A stretch of 56,417 nucleotides of DNA from Neovahlkampfia damariscottae (Eukaryota): assembly GCA_016618085.1 (NCBI GenBank), contig JABLTG010000040.1, forward strand, positions 62,001-118,417, given 5' to 3'. Position numbers and translations under genes: made by a program. This document shows positions 1 through 11,670 of this stretch, piece after piece (position 1 is the stretch's first letter; each line of letters starts with the position of its first letter). The notes beneath the pieces were generated by a model, which was not told the origin of the DNA, made no database searches, and saw only the letters and a list, made by a program, of their open reading frames with translations.

Positions 1-286
1 TTTTCTTTGTTTATATTCTGTTTCTGAAGCTAATTCAGTTCTACGGACTAATTCCATATAACGGAACATTTTTAAACATTCTTCTTTTGTTGTTACAACT
101 TTATCAGATGGTTCTAAAAGTTAACAAAGTTTTTTTTTTTTTTTTACTTCCAAATTTTCCTTCAAATTTTTTTGGTGTGTGAATACGGAATTGTTTTTCT
201 GTATCTACTTCAAATGTGAATTTTTTTTCAGTTGACATTAAACGATAGTTTGTATTTTTTGGTTTTATAACTTTGAGAGTTTTCAT
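1..286 (-). CDS. PDHA1: Pyruvate dehydrogenase E1 alpha subunit, N-terminal part (runs off the window)
   Basis: Removing the 34-nt GT-AG intron 114-147 gives ...PSDKVVTTKEECLKMFRYMELVRRTELASETEYKQRK, the conserved E1-alpha segment before IRGFCHL. The N-terminus is basic and transit-peptide-like. Confidence 0.8.
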
Positions 287-589
287 TTTTTAGTTCAAAA
301 TTAAAGTGAGTTTTTGGTGAAGAAAAAAATCGGTTACAAATTTTCTCTGATTGGTCAATTTTTTTAGCTGAAAGAGCACCAAGATTAACATGCATTAAAC
401 TACCAAATATCGCAGTAGTTTTCATCAATTCAACTATTTTTTCATCACATCTTTTGATTGGATAATTTCTATTGATTTTTCAAATCATTTTATAGTTTTA
501 TTATTCATACAGTGTTAATTTAAATCCAAATCAAAAAGAATTTAATGATATACTCTCATTTGGATGAATCCCTTTTGCAAGATAACATT

Positions 590-1743
590 TTATTCATTAA
601 CTTCTTCAATTTTAAATAAATCAGTATTGATATCAATTTCATTTTTTACAGGGACAACAGGTTCCATAATTAATGATTCCTTTTCCATTTTTTTTTCATC
701 TTTCCATAATTTTGTGAATAAAAATAAAATGAAATGAATTGTTCCATAAATAACTAATACAAATGCATATTGCCATATGATACCTAAAACACCAACATCT
801 TTAATTTCACCAATTTGAATATATTCAACAGATGGATAAATAACCATGAATATAATTGATATAGGAACAACAATAAAATGTGGGAGCATCATTTCTTTAA
901 TTGATTCTTTTAAACTATTATCTGAGTTTATTGGATACCAATATGAAATTAACCATTTAGTGATGATAAAAAACAATCCTAAAAATACAAATAATCTATA
1001 ACTCTTAACTGTTGTTTCATCAAAATCATGTACTAATTGATCTATTTGTTTTTGTGTTATTTTAAATGTTTTATCAATTAAATTTATTGTTAAATCAAAA
1101 AATTCATGTCTAAATTTTTCAGTTTTTTCTTTAATTTTTAACACTTTTTCTTTTGTATCTGATGTTGATATTTTTGATTCTTTTTCAACAAAATTTAAAA
1201 TATTAGTAATTTCAATTGCTGTTTTATCCATTATTATTTTCCCTGAATTCTTTACTGTTTCTGATAATCTTTTAACTTGTAATCTCACAACATCAAGTGA
1301 TTTTTGATGAACATCATCAATTAAATTTTGAGTTTTACTTAAAGTATTTTGAAGTTCATCAGTTGCTTCTTTATTTAGATTCTTAACTTTTACTTCTATA
1401 TTTTTTGTTTGTGATGAAACAACTTCATGAATTTTTTGTAAAGAAGTTTGAATTTTTTGAAGTGAAGTTGTCTTGATTTTTCCTCTTAAATCATTAACTC
1501 TGGCATGTATAGATGCTAAATTAGCACTTATAGTTTGTGTATAAAAAGAACCAACACCTTTCTGCCATACGTTAAAATTAATTCCATTGACTGATGAGAC
1601 CCTCATTGATTTGGGTATGAATGCTCTTCCAATACTTCTTGTTGCTCTTGAAATAAGTTAGTCAATGATTTTATATACCCTTTTGCTTCATTTGAACCAA
1701 ATGAAATCAAGACGAAAAATAAAACAAGCAACCAATTGCTCAT
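590..1743 (-). CDS. Uncharacterised membrane protein: signal peptide, long helical ectodomain, about 3 C-terminal TM helices
   Basis: ATG at 1743 (MSNWLLVLFFVLISFGS). A 32-nt intron 1647-1678 with GACTAAC branch point joins in frame to ORF 590..1606. Confidence 0.75.
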
Positions 1744-1816
1744 CTCTAATCTGGGATTTTGGAAATAAAATGACAATATGATTGGATAATAATCAATTTT
1801 GGAACATCCGCAACAA

Positions 1817-3211
1817 ATGAAAAGAGTGCTAGTGCTAATCGTTATTTTTTTACTCTTTCTTAATTGTAAAGCTGAAGAATTTAATACACCAACTTCAACA
1901 ATGTTATTTTGTAATCTAACTCAAACTTGTCAGAACTCTCATGTAAACATTTCAGAAATAATTTCAGATTTACTTTTGCCTGGATTAAGACATGAATTTA
2001 TTTCAAACCATACCTCTTATTTTTTAGATTTATTTTATAACATCACATTAACACCCCAAGAGGAAAAAACATGGGCAAGAATTACAGAGAAAGTTGAATC
2101 TCATCTTATACCTTGGATTTATCGAGCTCTTAATGAATCAAATTCAGTTGGTGTTCTTGCTTCAACAAGTGTTAGTAGTATATCAAATATAAATTACAAC
2201 ATGGAAGCAAATATTTTAGGACCACTCAGAAATGAATTAGTACGTGAATTTCAAAAAGTTACTCAAACTTTTGATGTTACTGAAAATGAAGTTTTAGATT
2301 TAATGAATGTTATAACACAAAAAGTATTAAATTCAATTACTACAGAAGATGGAAATATCAAACAATCAATTGAACGATTATTAAATGAAGTTAAAACAAC
2401 TATAAAATCAAATGCTCAACAGGGATATCAAAAAATACATGAAACATCAATTAAAGTGTCAAATTCTATTTTTGAAGAAGTGAAAACTACTACTGATAAA
2501 TTGATTATTTTAACTGAAAATTTACATAAAGATAGTGAAGTATTGATTAGAGATCAAAGAATTAAAAGTGTTGAAATGACATTAAAAGTTAAAGATGATA
2601 TTAATGCAACAACTGAAGAAATTTCAAATGAAATGAATTTAATGATTCAAAAAACACAAGAAAAATCAATGAATTTGTTATTACAGTCAATGAATAGATA
2701 TGAATCTGAAACTAATATCATTACACAAAAAATGAAAAAATCATTAAAAAAGAATGGAGATATATTTATGGAAATTGCAATTTCTTGTGTTTGGATTTAT
2801 TTAATGTTTATGATTTGTTTTGAAATGTTACCTTCAAAAGATGATTTGAAATCAATGAAGATTAAAATTATTTTAACAAAATTTGTTAGAAGAATATTAC
2901 AAATTTCACCTTCAAGTTTTATATTCCCTGGATTGTTTTTATTATTTGAATATAGATTTGAAAATTTAAATCATGTTGGAATTGAAATTAAAATGTATAT
3001 TGTTACATTATTCATTGTACAAGTATTGTTTTTTAGTTGTTTATTTCTTATTGCTTTTATTTTTCAATCAATTTATTTATCTATTTTATGGTGGAAAGAA
3101 AATAAACCATTGGAATATTTAAAAAGTAAAATTGAAAGAATGAATATTTGGGAAAAAAAATATGATACAAATGAAGGAAGATTTGATTATGAAAGTAATG
3201 AACATTATTAA
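1817..3211 (+). CDS. Uncharacterised membrane protein: signal peptide, long helical ectodomain, about 3 C-terminal TM helices
   Basis: Long uninterrupted ORF; MKRVLVLIVIFLLFLNCKA signal peptide; hydrophobic C-terminal segments. Confidence 0.8.
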   Translation: MKRVLVLIVIFLLFLNCKAEEFNTPTSTMLFCNLTQTCQNSHVNISEIISDLLLPGLRHEFISNHTSYFLDLFYNITLTPQEEKTWARITEKVESHLIPWIYRALNESNSVGVLASTSVSSISNINYNMEANILGPLRNELVREFQKVTQTFDVTENEVLDLMNVITQKVLNSITTEDGNIKQSIERLLNEVKTTIKSNAQQGYQKIHETSIKVSNSIFEEVKTTTDKLIILTENLHKDSEVLIRDQRIKSVEMTLKVKDDINATTEEISNEMNLMIQKTQEKSMNLLLQSMNRYESETNIITQKMKKSLKKNGDIFMEIAISCVWIYLMFMICFEMLPSKDDLKSMKIKIILTKFVRRILQISPSSFIFPGLFLLFEYRFENLNHVGIEIKMYIVTLFIVQVLFFSCLFLIAFIFQSIYLSILWWKENKPLEYLKSKIERMNIWEKKYDTNEGRFDYESNEHY

Positions 3212-3232
3212 TTCTTTGTAAATCTTTTGTTT

Positions 3233-4721
3233 TTATTTTGGAAATCTTGGATGTTCAATTCCAGATAATTTTTGTAAAACTCTAACAACTTGACATGAAT
3301 AACCAAATTCATTGTCATACCAAACATACAAGTTCATATGTGATCCTTTAACAATTGTAGAAGGTGAGTCAACTTGTGTAATGTTAAAAAAAAAGAATAA
3401 TAAAATTCTTACCAATACCAGCACTTCTGTTTCCAACGAAATCAGTTGAAACTACTTCATTTGATGCAGAATATTGAATTTGTCTTGAATTTAATGAAAT
3501 ATTTCTCAAAAATTCATTAACATCCTTTTTTGTATCTTTTTCATTTTTTGTTGAGAGAATCAACATTGCCAAAGATACGTCTGGAGTTGGAACTCTGATG
3601 GAATTCCCAGTTAATTTACCTTTTAATTCTGGTAATATTGCAGTGACAGCTTCACTTGCTCCTGTTTCAGTGATAACTAAATTAAGAGGTGCTGATCTTC
3701 CTCTTCTACTTTTTGAATGAAAATTATCAAGTAAATTTTGATCTGAAGTAAAACTATGAACAGTTTCAAGATGTGCATGTTCAATTGAATATTTTTCATT
3801 TATAACTTTCAAAATTGGAACAATAGCATTTGTTGTGCAGCTTGCACAAGAAAAGATAGTTTCATCTTTTTTGATATCATCATAATTAACTCCTGCAACA
3901 ATATTTGGAACATCTTTACCAGGTGCAGTTAATAATACTTTTGATATTCCTTTATTTTTCAAGTGAGTACTTAAACCTTTTCTATCACGGAATATTCCAG
4001 TGTTATCAATCAAAATTGCATTATCAATTCCATATGAAGTATAGTCAATCTGATCAGGTTGATCGGAATAAATAATTTTTACTTCTATTCCATTAATTTT
4101 CATTTTTTTATTTTCATTATCAACAGAAATGGATCCTTGAAATTGACCATGAACTGAATCTCTTCTTAAAAGTGCAGCTCTTTTTTCAATGTCATCTTTG
4201 ACTTTTGTACTTCTAACAACAATAGCTTTTAAAACCATTTTTTGACCACCTCCAATCTTTTCAACAAGAATTCTTGCTAATAATCTTCCAATACGTCCAA
4301 AACCGAATAAAACTTGTTTGTGTGAATTTTAAAAAAAAAAAAAACCTATATCTTGAGGAGTTTCTAAAAGTTCTTTTTTGTTTTCTCCAAGAACATCTTT
4401 CAATTCTTCTTCAAGAAATTCTTTTAATTTTTTGTTTGAATTTTGAAATTTATTTTGAAGACGACCTAAATCAATTTTACATGGTCCAACTCCTAAGTTT
4501 GAGATTTCTTTTAAAATTAAGAGTGAGTCTTCAACTGTAATGTTTTGCTCAAGATGTTTTTGTGCGAATCTGTGTGCTTTTGTGATGTCAATCACTGACT
4601 TGTTCACAAGTTGTTGTGCAAATAACTCTGCTACAACATTGTTATTTCTGTATAGTTTTCCTAATATTGGAATCATTTCTTCTGTTAATTCAATTTGTGT
4701 GGAAAATTCATTTATCTGCAT
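3233..4721 (-). CDS. Glyceraldehyde-3-phosphate dehydrogenase, long bacterial-type form with N-terminal extension (2 introns)
   Basis: Introns 4313-4345 and 3373-3412 join three ORFs. Motifs VLFGFGRIGR, RRDSVHG, ASCTTNAI, RVPTPDVS, WYDNEFGYS. The N-terminal MIPILGKLYR...VNKSVIDI..AHRFA is typical of the ~480-aa bacterial form. Confidence 0.93.
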
Positions 4722-5314
4722 AATTGTGATTTATTTGGACAAAAATGTAAAAATTGTATTGACCAATAGGTTGTCAGAAATTTGAAAAGTTTTATTAGAA
4801 TTTCTTAAATTCTCAATAACTCGCTTAAGAAAAGTTTATAATTTTTTGCTTCATTGAAGCTTCAATTTCCTCACTTAGGTGTATGATCTTTTGATTTTAG
4901 GATATATTCGATTCACTTTGTTGGCAATCTCACTGAATTCACCAAAATTACCTGATATAGTACCCTTTTTTACATGTGGTATTTCTTGAAAATTTAATCT
5001 TCAATTAAAATTGAATTTTTCATCACAGATAGCGAATTTGTTGCAACGTGGCAGGTGAAGCGAAAGAATTTTTGAATGCAGTTGTAGCCAATTAGATTGG
5101 AAAGAGCAATAGGCAAAATCAAGCAACAGCTGAAACTGAATTATTGGTGTTTTTTTCTTCCTCGGAATATCAAAATTCCGATTGGAAGAGGAATTTTCGA
5201 ATACGAGAAAATAATTTATCCGTTGATTGTCTATTTTCTACCAAAATGATTTAAACCAATGGCGGAGTAAGTGAACTCCTATTGGCTAAAAAATCAAAAT
5301 AACCAAAACCGTCA

Positions 5315-6733
5315 ATGAAAGAAACAGAAGAACTTTATTCTGATACTGAGCAATGTTTATTCACCTGGAACATTCCTCATGAATTTAAAACATATATTGA
5401 ACCTATTGCAACACATCAAATCAACAAATGGAAAGAATTATCAAAACATACAAGTTCTGACACTCAGCAGTTCATAAACATCTTTAAAACCTTTTGTGGA
5501 TGTGGTATATATGAAGATTATTCAATATACAAAAACACCAAAAATACTCCACATTTTTCATTTGACCAATTTGATTTGCCAAATGAATTTTGTCCTTGTA
5601 ACCAACAGTAAGTTTTTCAAAAAAAATTAACAAACTTTTTATAAGAGAAAGAACAGAAACTACAATTTTATGGTTTGTTTCAGTTCATGAAAATTTAAAG
5701 AGCTATGAACAACTAACCAAAAAAGGTAATTTTTTTTTTTTTTTTTTATTGATAAGTTTCGGAACATACAACAACAATACTTGATTCTTTACCTGCTTAT
5801 TTTGAAAATTATATTCAATTGTTAGATGAAATCTTTGATAATGTACCAAGAAAAGAGTTTATTAATTTTTCGTATCATCTGTCGAAAAGAATTAATTTTT
5901 TTACAAAAATACTCTTAAAAATGGATTATAAAGTATGTTTCTGGAATCATATGCTTGATTTTATTCCTCAATTTTGGAAAAATTATTTTACTCATAAAAC
6001 TGGAAAATTTTATAAGAATTTTTATGGAAGAATTGAAGAAATGACAATTGAAGAATTTTCCAAAATAAGATCAGAAGATTATTGTAGATTTGTCAGAACA
6101 ATACATTATTTCAATTTTGAACAAAAAGATTTTGATTCATTTAATGATTTCGCAAAAATATATACAAAATCATGGGAAAATGAAATTAGTCCACGTATAT
6201 GTAAAATAGATTATCAAATTCAAGAGAAAACATTGAAACCTTTTAATGAAGTTTTAAGACTTGTATCAATTGAACACAAAGCAATGTTTTCATTTTTTAA
6301 ATTAATACCTTGTCCAACAAAAAAGTATATGATTTTATTAGTAAGAATTAAAAAAAAAGAAAATTAAATTTTATAGTTTTTGAAGAGATTATTAAAATTA
6401 AATGAATTATCAAAATATTGTATGAAAAAGTTATTTTTGAATACACCACTTACTGATGATGATCAATCATTACAATTTCCTTGTATAAGAGAATTAAAAT
6501 CTATTTTTAATCGTATGGATAATCCTGATGTATGTATAAAAAGAAAATTTGCGAAATTTGTTAGAGAAAATCATGAAGATTTAATTGATTGTTTTTTATT
6601 ATTTAAAGAAATTACAGGTTGCTTTGTGAATAATGAAAGAGCATGTAAATATGTAAAAGCTTATCAAGAACAACAAAAAGAAATAAAAGAAGAATGTCCT
6701 CTTTATAAAAAGAAAAAATTGGAAAAAAAATAA
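5315..6733 (+). CDS. Hypothetical multi-exon protein
   Basis: Three same-strand ORFs separated by short GT..AG segments; ATTGG upstream of ATG; no recognised domain. Confidence 0.6.
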
Positions 6734-6843
6734 ATCTTTTTTTTTTTTTGACCCAACAACCTCTCCACTTTCTTTGCATTATTTTTTTTTTCATTTTATT
6801 TTGGACAATAATTTTTCATTGATTGGTTGAAGAAAGTTATCGA

Positions 6844-7275
6844 ATGACCTTGGTCAAAGAAGAAGAATACTCTCAACATACTTTTGAATCAGATTATTAT
6901 TTCTTCTCATTGGAATAGTAAGTTGGTGGAATTCATATTAAACACATTTTTTAGTGATTCAAAATATCCATTCAATGAAAAAGAGTTTGAAAAAATTTTA
7001 AAAAAAAAAGTTGAAATTTATTTTGGCAAATTTGGAAAATTCGTACCAAAAATATTATTGTACAAAGAAAAAGAAAAAAAAATGATAATTTCAGTACTAA
7101 GAAAGTAATTTCAAAAAATTAAATAATTCAAAATAGACATGCTGTTCAATTTCGAATGATGTTGACTTTCAATTTTGATTCAAAAAATTCAAAAGATATT
7201 GATAATATAAAGATAGTTAATTCATCACCTTATTTGTATTCATTAAATCGAGAAAATCGAGAATTCTTATTTTAA
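6844..7275 (+). CDS. Possible RNase P/MRP subunit (Rpp14/Pop5/Pop8 fold), 2 introns
   Basis: Spliced product ...FEKILKKKVEIYFGKFG...MIISVLR...IVNSSPYLYSL resembles the family pattern. Confidence 0.45.
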
Positions 7276-7289
7276 AAGAATAATTTTAT

Positions 7290-8231
7290 TTACACAAAAA
7301 CCCAACAAAAAAATAAACTTTTTCCATCAATTTGATTCTTTTGTCTTTCAATATTCATTACTATCAATTTATTTTTTACCATAAAAGCAACATTGAAATT
7401 CGAAACATTTGATTTTTTTGTTGTGTATAAAAAATTTTGAAAATCTGAAGGAGTAACAATTGATGATAAATGAAGCGTCTTATTATATAGTTCTAAGGGA
7501 CTTGTTAAATTAAAAACTATTCTAAAAGTTTCATTATAACTTAATATATTCGCTTCTGTATCCATAAACATCATAGGTAGTTTTGAATGTTCAAAACTAA
7601 AACTAAAATTCTCATGTACTAATTCTCCTAGGTATTCATCTCTTTTTTTTCTTTTCTCTTCAACTGAAATTCTCAAGTTGTCAATATCTAATCTATTATT
7701 TTCATATTCTTGTTCCAGTGAAACCGTTTCTGTTTGCATTATTGTTTCAAAGACTTCATCTTGAAGAGTAGCAACTTTTTTTCTCATTGATTCATCTGAA
7801 TAATCTTCGTTCCAATTAAAATCTAATGTTTCTTGATGATAAAGTAATGATTGCTCGAAAATTTTTTTTGTTTCATCATCATCCAAAAATGACCAAGAAG
7901 TGAAATCTAATGAATTTCTTCTTTCAAATTTAGGGTCAGTTGTTGATAGTTCTCCTGTTTTTGTTGATTGATTGTCTTTTTTTAAATTCAATGTTCCTTC
8001 AACTGGACGACAATCAAGACCTAATGTCATACATCTCTTACAATAATCATCTTCTTGTTTAATACATTCTGTATGAGCTATAGCGCAATTTTTACATATG
8101 GTCTTTTGTTTATTATCAAAAACATCTTGATATTTTCTCTTTTTTGAATCTGTTGTATTTGAATCAATGTGGTAGTTTTTTATGTCTCCATATGATATTT
8201 GAGTACCATTTATTTCACTCATTCCTTCCAT
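7290..8231 (-). CDS. Zn(II)2Cys6 (GAL4-type) transcription factor with C-terminal PAS-like domain
   Basis: CKNC-x6-C-x7-CKRC-x6-C preceded by a basic patch; C-terminal PMMFMDTEANILSYNETF is PAS-like. Confidence 0.8.
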   Translation of the reverse strand: MEGMSEINGTQISYGDIKNYHIDSNTTDSKKRKYQDVFDNKQKTICKNCAIAHTECIKQEDDYCKRCMTLGLDCRPVEGTLNLKKDNQSTKTGELSTTDPKFERRNSLDFTSWSFLDDDETKKIFEQSLLYHQETLDFNWNEDYSDESMRKKVATLQDEVFETIMQTETVSLEQEYENNRLDIDNLRISVEEKRKKRDEYLGELVHENFSFSFEHSKLPMMFMDTEANILSYNETFRIVFNLTSPLELYNKTLHLSSIVTPSDFQNFLYTTKKSNVSNFNVAFMVKNKLIVMNIERQKNQIDGKSLFFCWVFV

Positions 8232-8584
8232 TTGTCGTTGTATTTTGTTTCGGAGTTTTTTTTTGGAGAATAGTTGATTGGTTGAATAAAAAAGGAGATA
8301 AATATAACTAGATTAGTCTTATTCTTAATACTTTTTCTTCTTCCTCTAATGATCAAATAATTCAATCTTTAAACCAAATTCAAACTTTTATACGTTAAAA
8401 ACACAATTTAAAACTACAAATCATTTCCAATATCTGTTTTTCACCTTATGAAACGTTTCTAATCTAAAAATATCTCCTATAAAACTTTTCGTATTTTTTC
8501 GGTTTCATTTGTTTTCTTGATTACCAGAGCGATTTTTTTGGTTATTTTTTCGTTCTCCATGACTATGAGTGAGCTTTTTATTTC

Positions 8585-8703
8585 GCTTACGGCCATACTT
8601 AGGAGAATACACCGCATCCCGTCCGATTTGCGAAGTTAAGCTCCTACAGGCTCTCCTAGTACTAGGGTGGGAGACCACCTGGGAACCGGGAGTGTTGTAA
8701 GCT
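8585..8703 (+). rRNA. 5S rRNA (single dispersed copy)
   Basis: 119 nt: GCTTACGGCCATAC...CCCGTCCGAT...GAAGTTAAGC...TAGTACT.GGGTGGGAGACCACCTGGGAA...GTAAGC; paired termini; followed by an oligo-T Pol III terminator. Confidence 0.97.
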
Positions 8704-8876
8704 TTTTTTTTTACTTTATGACAATTGAATGAATTTATTATATGGAACTGATACAAATAAAACAACGAATATTTGTTTTTTTAGCCCATGTACTTGATGC
8801 ATCATTGCCTTCAACTCAAGAATTTCTTTTGGAAATTGAATCATATTATTGGTCAACAGTAAAAACGGTGTTTTAG

Positions 8877-10111
8877 ATGAACAAAAACAAAGTGGTATCC
8901 AAAAATAGATTTTTTTGTGATGAGTGTAAAATGGATTTTCCAGATGAAAAATTCTTGCTAAAACATGAAAAAGGAATGAAACATGTTTACCAAGTCGAAA
9001 AGAATTTTGAATTAAAAGAAAGATCAGATAAAAAAAATTTAAAAATTCAAACTGTTGATAAATATAAACCAAAAATGAAAGAACTTATAGAAAAATTGCA
9101 AATTGAAATGGCAGATTTGATTACTATTCAAAAAAAAGAAAAACTCTTTGAAACTCCAAAAAATTTAAAAGAGTCAATTGAAGTTCATTATAAAAAATCA
9201 AGACCAAGTTCAAAAATGAAAAAGATGAGAAAATTGCTTGTTGAATTTTTATATGAAGCAATAAATTCAATATTTCCTGGAACACAACTGAATATTTATG
9301 GTTCTGTTGTTTGTGGTTTAGATGATGAAGACAGTGACATAGATGTGGTAAAATTAAAATGAAAAATTCTAAATTATTTACTTAGGGATTGATTATTGAT
9401 TTTGATAAAACTGATTTAACTTTTGATCGAGAATCTGGACCTATTAAGTTATTTATGAATGTTATGAATGCATGTAACGCTGTTAATTTTAATGTTTATG
9501 GTACATTTCAAGCAAGAGTTCCTATAGTTACAGTAAATGAATCCATGAGTGGAATTCAAGTAGATATGTCATTGCGAAGTGCAGATGACAAATTAAAATT
9601 ATTTAAAGAATATTTGAAGATTGATTCAAGAGTTTACCCTTATTTAAAAGCGATTAAAACTTGGGCAAAAAGAAGAAATATTTGTCATTCAATATCAGGT
9701 ACAATCAATAGTTTTGGTTATAGTTGTATTGGTATTGCAATTCTTCAAACTATTGAACCTCCAATATTACCTAATTTACAATTGAAAGGAAAAATAATGA
9801 CAGGAGACGAATTCTTAGACTTTGGTGCTAAAAATGATCAGGATGTTGGTGAATTATTGATTGAATTCTTCAAGAAAATGTGTGAGTTCAATCATAAAGA
9901 TTTAAGAATTTCAATTTTACATGGAGGGTTTGTGAAAAAAGAAAAAAAATTATTTGATCATGAAACAATATTTTGTATTGAAGATCCATTAGAACCTTTT
10001 TTGAATTTTTCAAGGCACGTCACAACAGAGACACTTGAAGTGATCATGTCAGAATTCCAGAGAGCCTTTAAAATTTTGAAGGATGGAGGTTTGTTTGAAG
10101 ATATCCTTTGA
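8877..10111 (+). CDS. Cid1/TUTase-type terminal nucleotidyltransferase with N-terminal C2H2 (matrin-like) zinc finger
   Basis: FCDEC..HEKGMKH finger; YGS...SDID catalytic motif; ARVPIV; KTWAKRR; IEDP PAP-associated motif; intron 9348-9385. Confidence 0.88.
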
Positions 10112-10186
10112 TTTCAATCTACCACAGAATAAAGTTTAATTGATGTATTTTCAACTTTGTTTGAGTTCACAATTTTTGTCCAATCA

Positions 10187-11101
10187 ATGAACATAGAAAA
10201 TCCAACAACAGAAAAAGTAGACGAGAAGAAAACCTGGAAACAAACCCTCTGGAAAGCTTGTAAAAAATATGTGATTGATACTCTTCCTATTATTTCTGCT
10301 GGATTCATCATTCAACCGTTGCTCTATGTAAATAATTTGGAAGTTGTTGAATTAGCCAACTCAAAAAACTCTGTTGAAATAATTCAAGACACAATTTCAA
10401 ATGGTGATGTAACCAAATTATGGAGTGGCTATTTAGTTTATTTTTTTAAATCGTTTCTTACTTTACCAATGTCATGGAGTGAAAGTATTAAAAAACATTA
10501 CCTTGGTGAACATCCTGAAGAAATACCATACATCAAAAGAATGTGTTTAAAGTTTTATACTAAAATGATACCAACGTTCACAAACATGACAATTCAATAC
10601 CCGCTCACAACTATTCATACACGCTTAATGGTTGATCAAGCTGGATTTTATGATGGATTTTTTGATTGTATTTCGAAAATGTGGTCAGAATCAAAGTTCC
10701 TCACATTTTTTCAAGGATACTCAACTAATCTTGTGTTGATATTTTCAAGAAAATTAATTGAAATCTCTTTAAGGGAAATTAAAACAATAGAATTTGAATT
10801 TAAAGGTAAAAGACAAGTGTTTTATTCAGATTTGGTTTCTCATGTTTTATCTTTGTTGATGGTTCGTCCACTTTTTGTCATTGTTCGCAGAAAAATGATT
10901 GAAGGGATGCCAATCGGAAATGCAGAAACTCAAAAAACAAATTTAGAAGATTTAACATTAAATGATGCATATGATGGTGTTATTACTCAGCTTTTCACAG
11001 AAGCGATATACTTCACCATTTTTTCAACAACATGGAATTTTCTCCACCAAGTTCCTGAAAAAAAAAACGATAAAAAAGAAGAGAATGAGTTGAAAAAATA
11101 A
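10187..11101 (+). CDS. Divergent mitochondrial carrier (SLC25) family protein
   Basis: YPLTTIHTRLM...YDGFFDCISKMWSESKFLTFFQG carrier repeat; three degenerate repeats. Confidence 0.75.
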   Translation: MNIENPTTEKVDEKKTWKQTLWKACKKYVIDTLPIISAGFIIQPLLYVNNLEVVELANSKNSVEIIQDTISNGDVTKLWSGYLVYFFKSFLTLPMSWSESIKKHYLGEHPEEIPYIKRMCLKFYTKMIPTFTNMTIQYPLTTIHTRLMVDQAGFYDGFFDCISKMWSESKFLTFFQGYSTNLVLIFSRKLIEISLREIKTIEFEFKGKRQVFYSDLVSHVLSLLMVRPLFVIVRRKMIEGMPIGNAETQKTNLEDLTLNDAYDGVITQLFTEAIYFTIFSTTWNFLHQVPEKKNDKKEENELKK

Positions 11102-11206
11102 AAATTTCCACTTGAAAGAATTGTTAACAAGAGTTTATAAAAAGAAACTAATTTTTTGAATGATCAATGAAAATCAAATGATATCAAACACCAAAATATC
11201 GGATGA

Positions 11207-11230
11207 ATTTTCAATAAATACCTACATGTT
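11207..11230 (+). promoter_or_regulatory. Conserved 24-bp element at -42..-19 of tRNA-Thr (copy 1)
   Basis: ATTTTCAATAAATACCTACATGTT is identical, at identical spacing, upstream of the second tRNA-Thr. Confidence 0.55.
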
Positions 11231-11248
11231 GATCGTTTCAACAACCAG

Positions 11249-11321
11249 GGCTGTTTAGCTCAGTTGGCAGAGCATTAGTCTTGTAAACTAAGGGTCATGA
11301 GTTCGATTCTCATAACAGCCT
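11249..11321 (+). tRNA. tRNA-Thr(TGT)
   Basis: Cloverleaf: GGCTGTT/AACAGCC acceptor, TTAGT-CTTGTAA-ACTAA anticodon arm, GTTCGATTC T loop; oligo-T follows. Confidence 0.96.
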
Positions 11322-11670
11322 ATTTTTTTTTTTGGTTTTCTGAAGAGAAAAAGTCAAGACTTCTTTTTGTTACCATTTCAAGACGTGAGCAAAAAACAAT
11401 TGAGCATGTCAATTGTCATTTGAAGAACTTCAATACATTAAGAAATTGTAAATAAATGGAAGAAGAAAAATTCATTCAAATTGTATTTATTACTGTAATT
11501 TTTTTTTTAGATGTTGGTTGTTCAATTTGGAGTGTAGAGCGAAAGTAAAGCAGTTCTTTCATTGGTCAAGAATTGACCAACTGTCCGATTATATTACTCA
11601 TTTTCTTTGTGAAAGGCAATGGCAAATTGAGTAATTTTTTTTAGAAATATTCTCAATGTTTTTTAAGACG

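Noticed and set aside
5060..5100. Sm-site-like AATTTTTG and U4-like GTAGCCAAT
   Set aside because: The order and structure do not fit an snRNA; it is explained by CCAAT boxes in a divergent promoter.
8505..8765. 86-aa ORF on the minus strand
   Set aside because: It is the antisense of the 5S rRNA gene.
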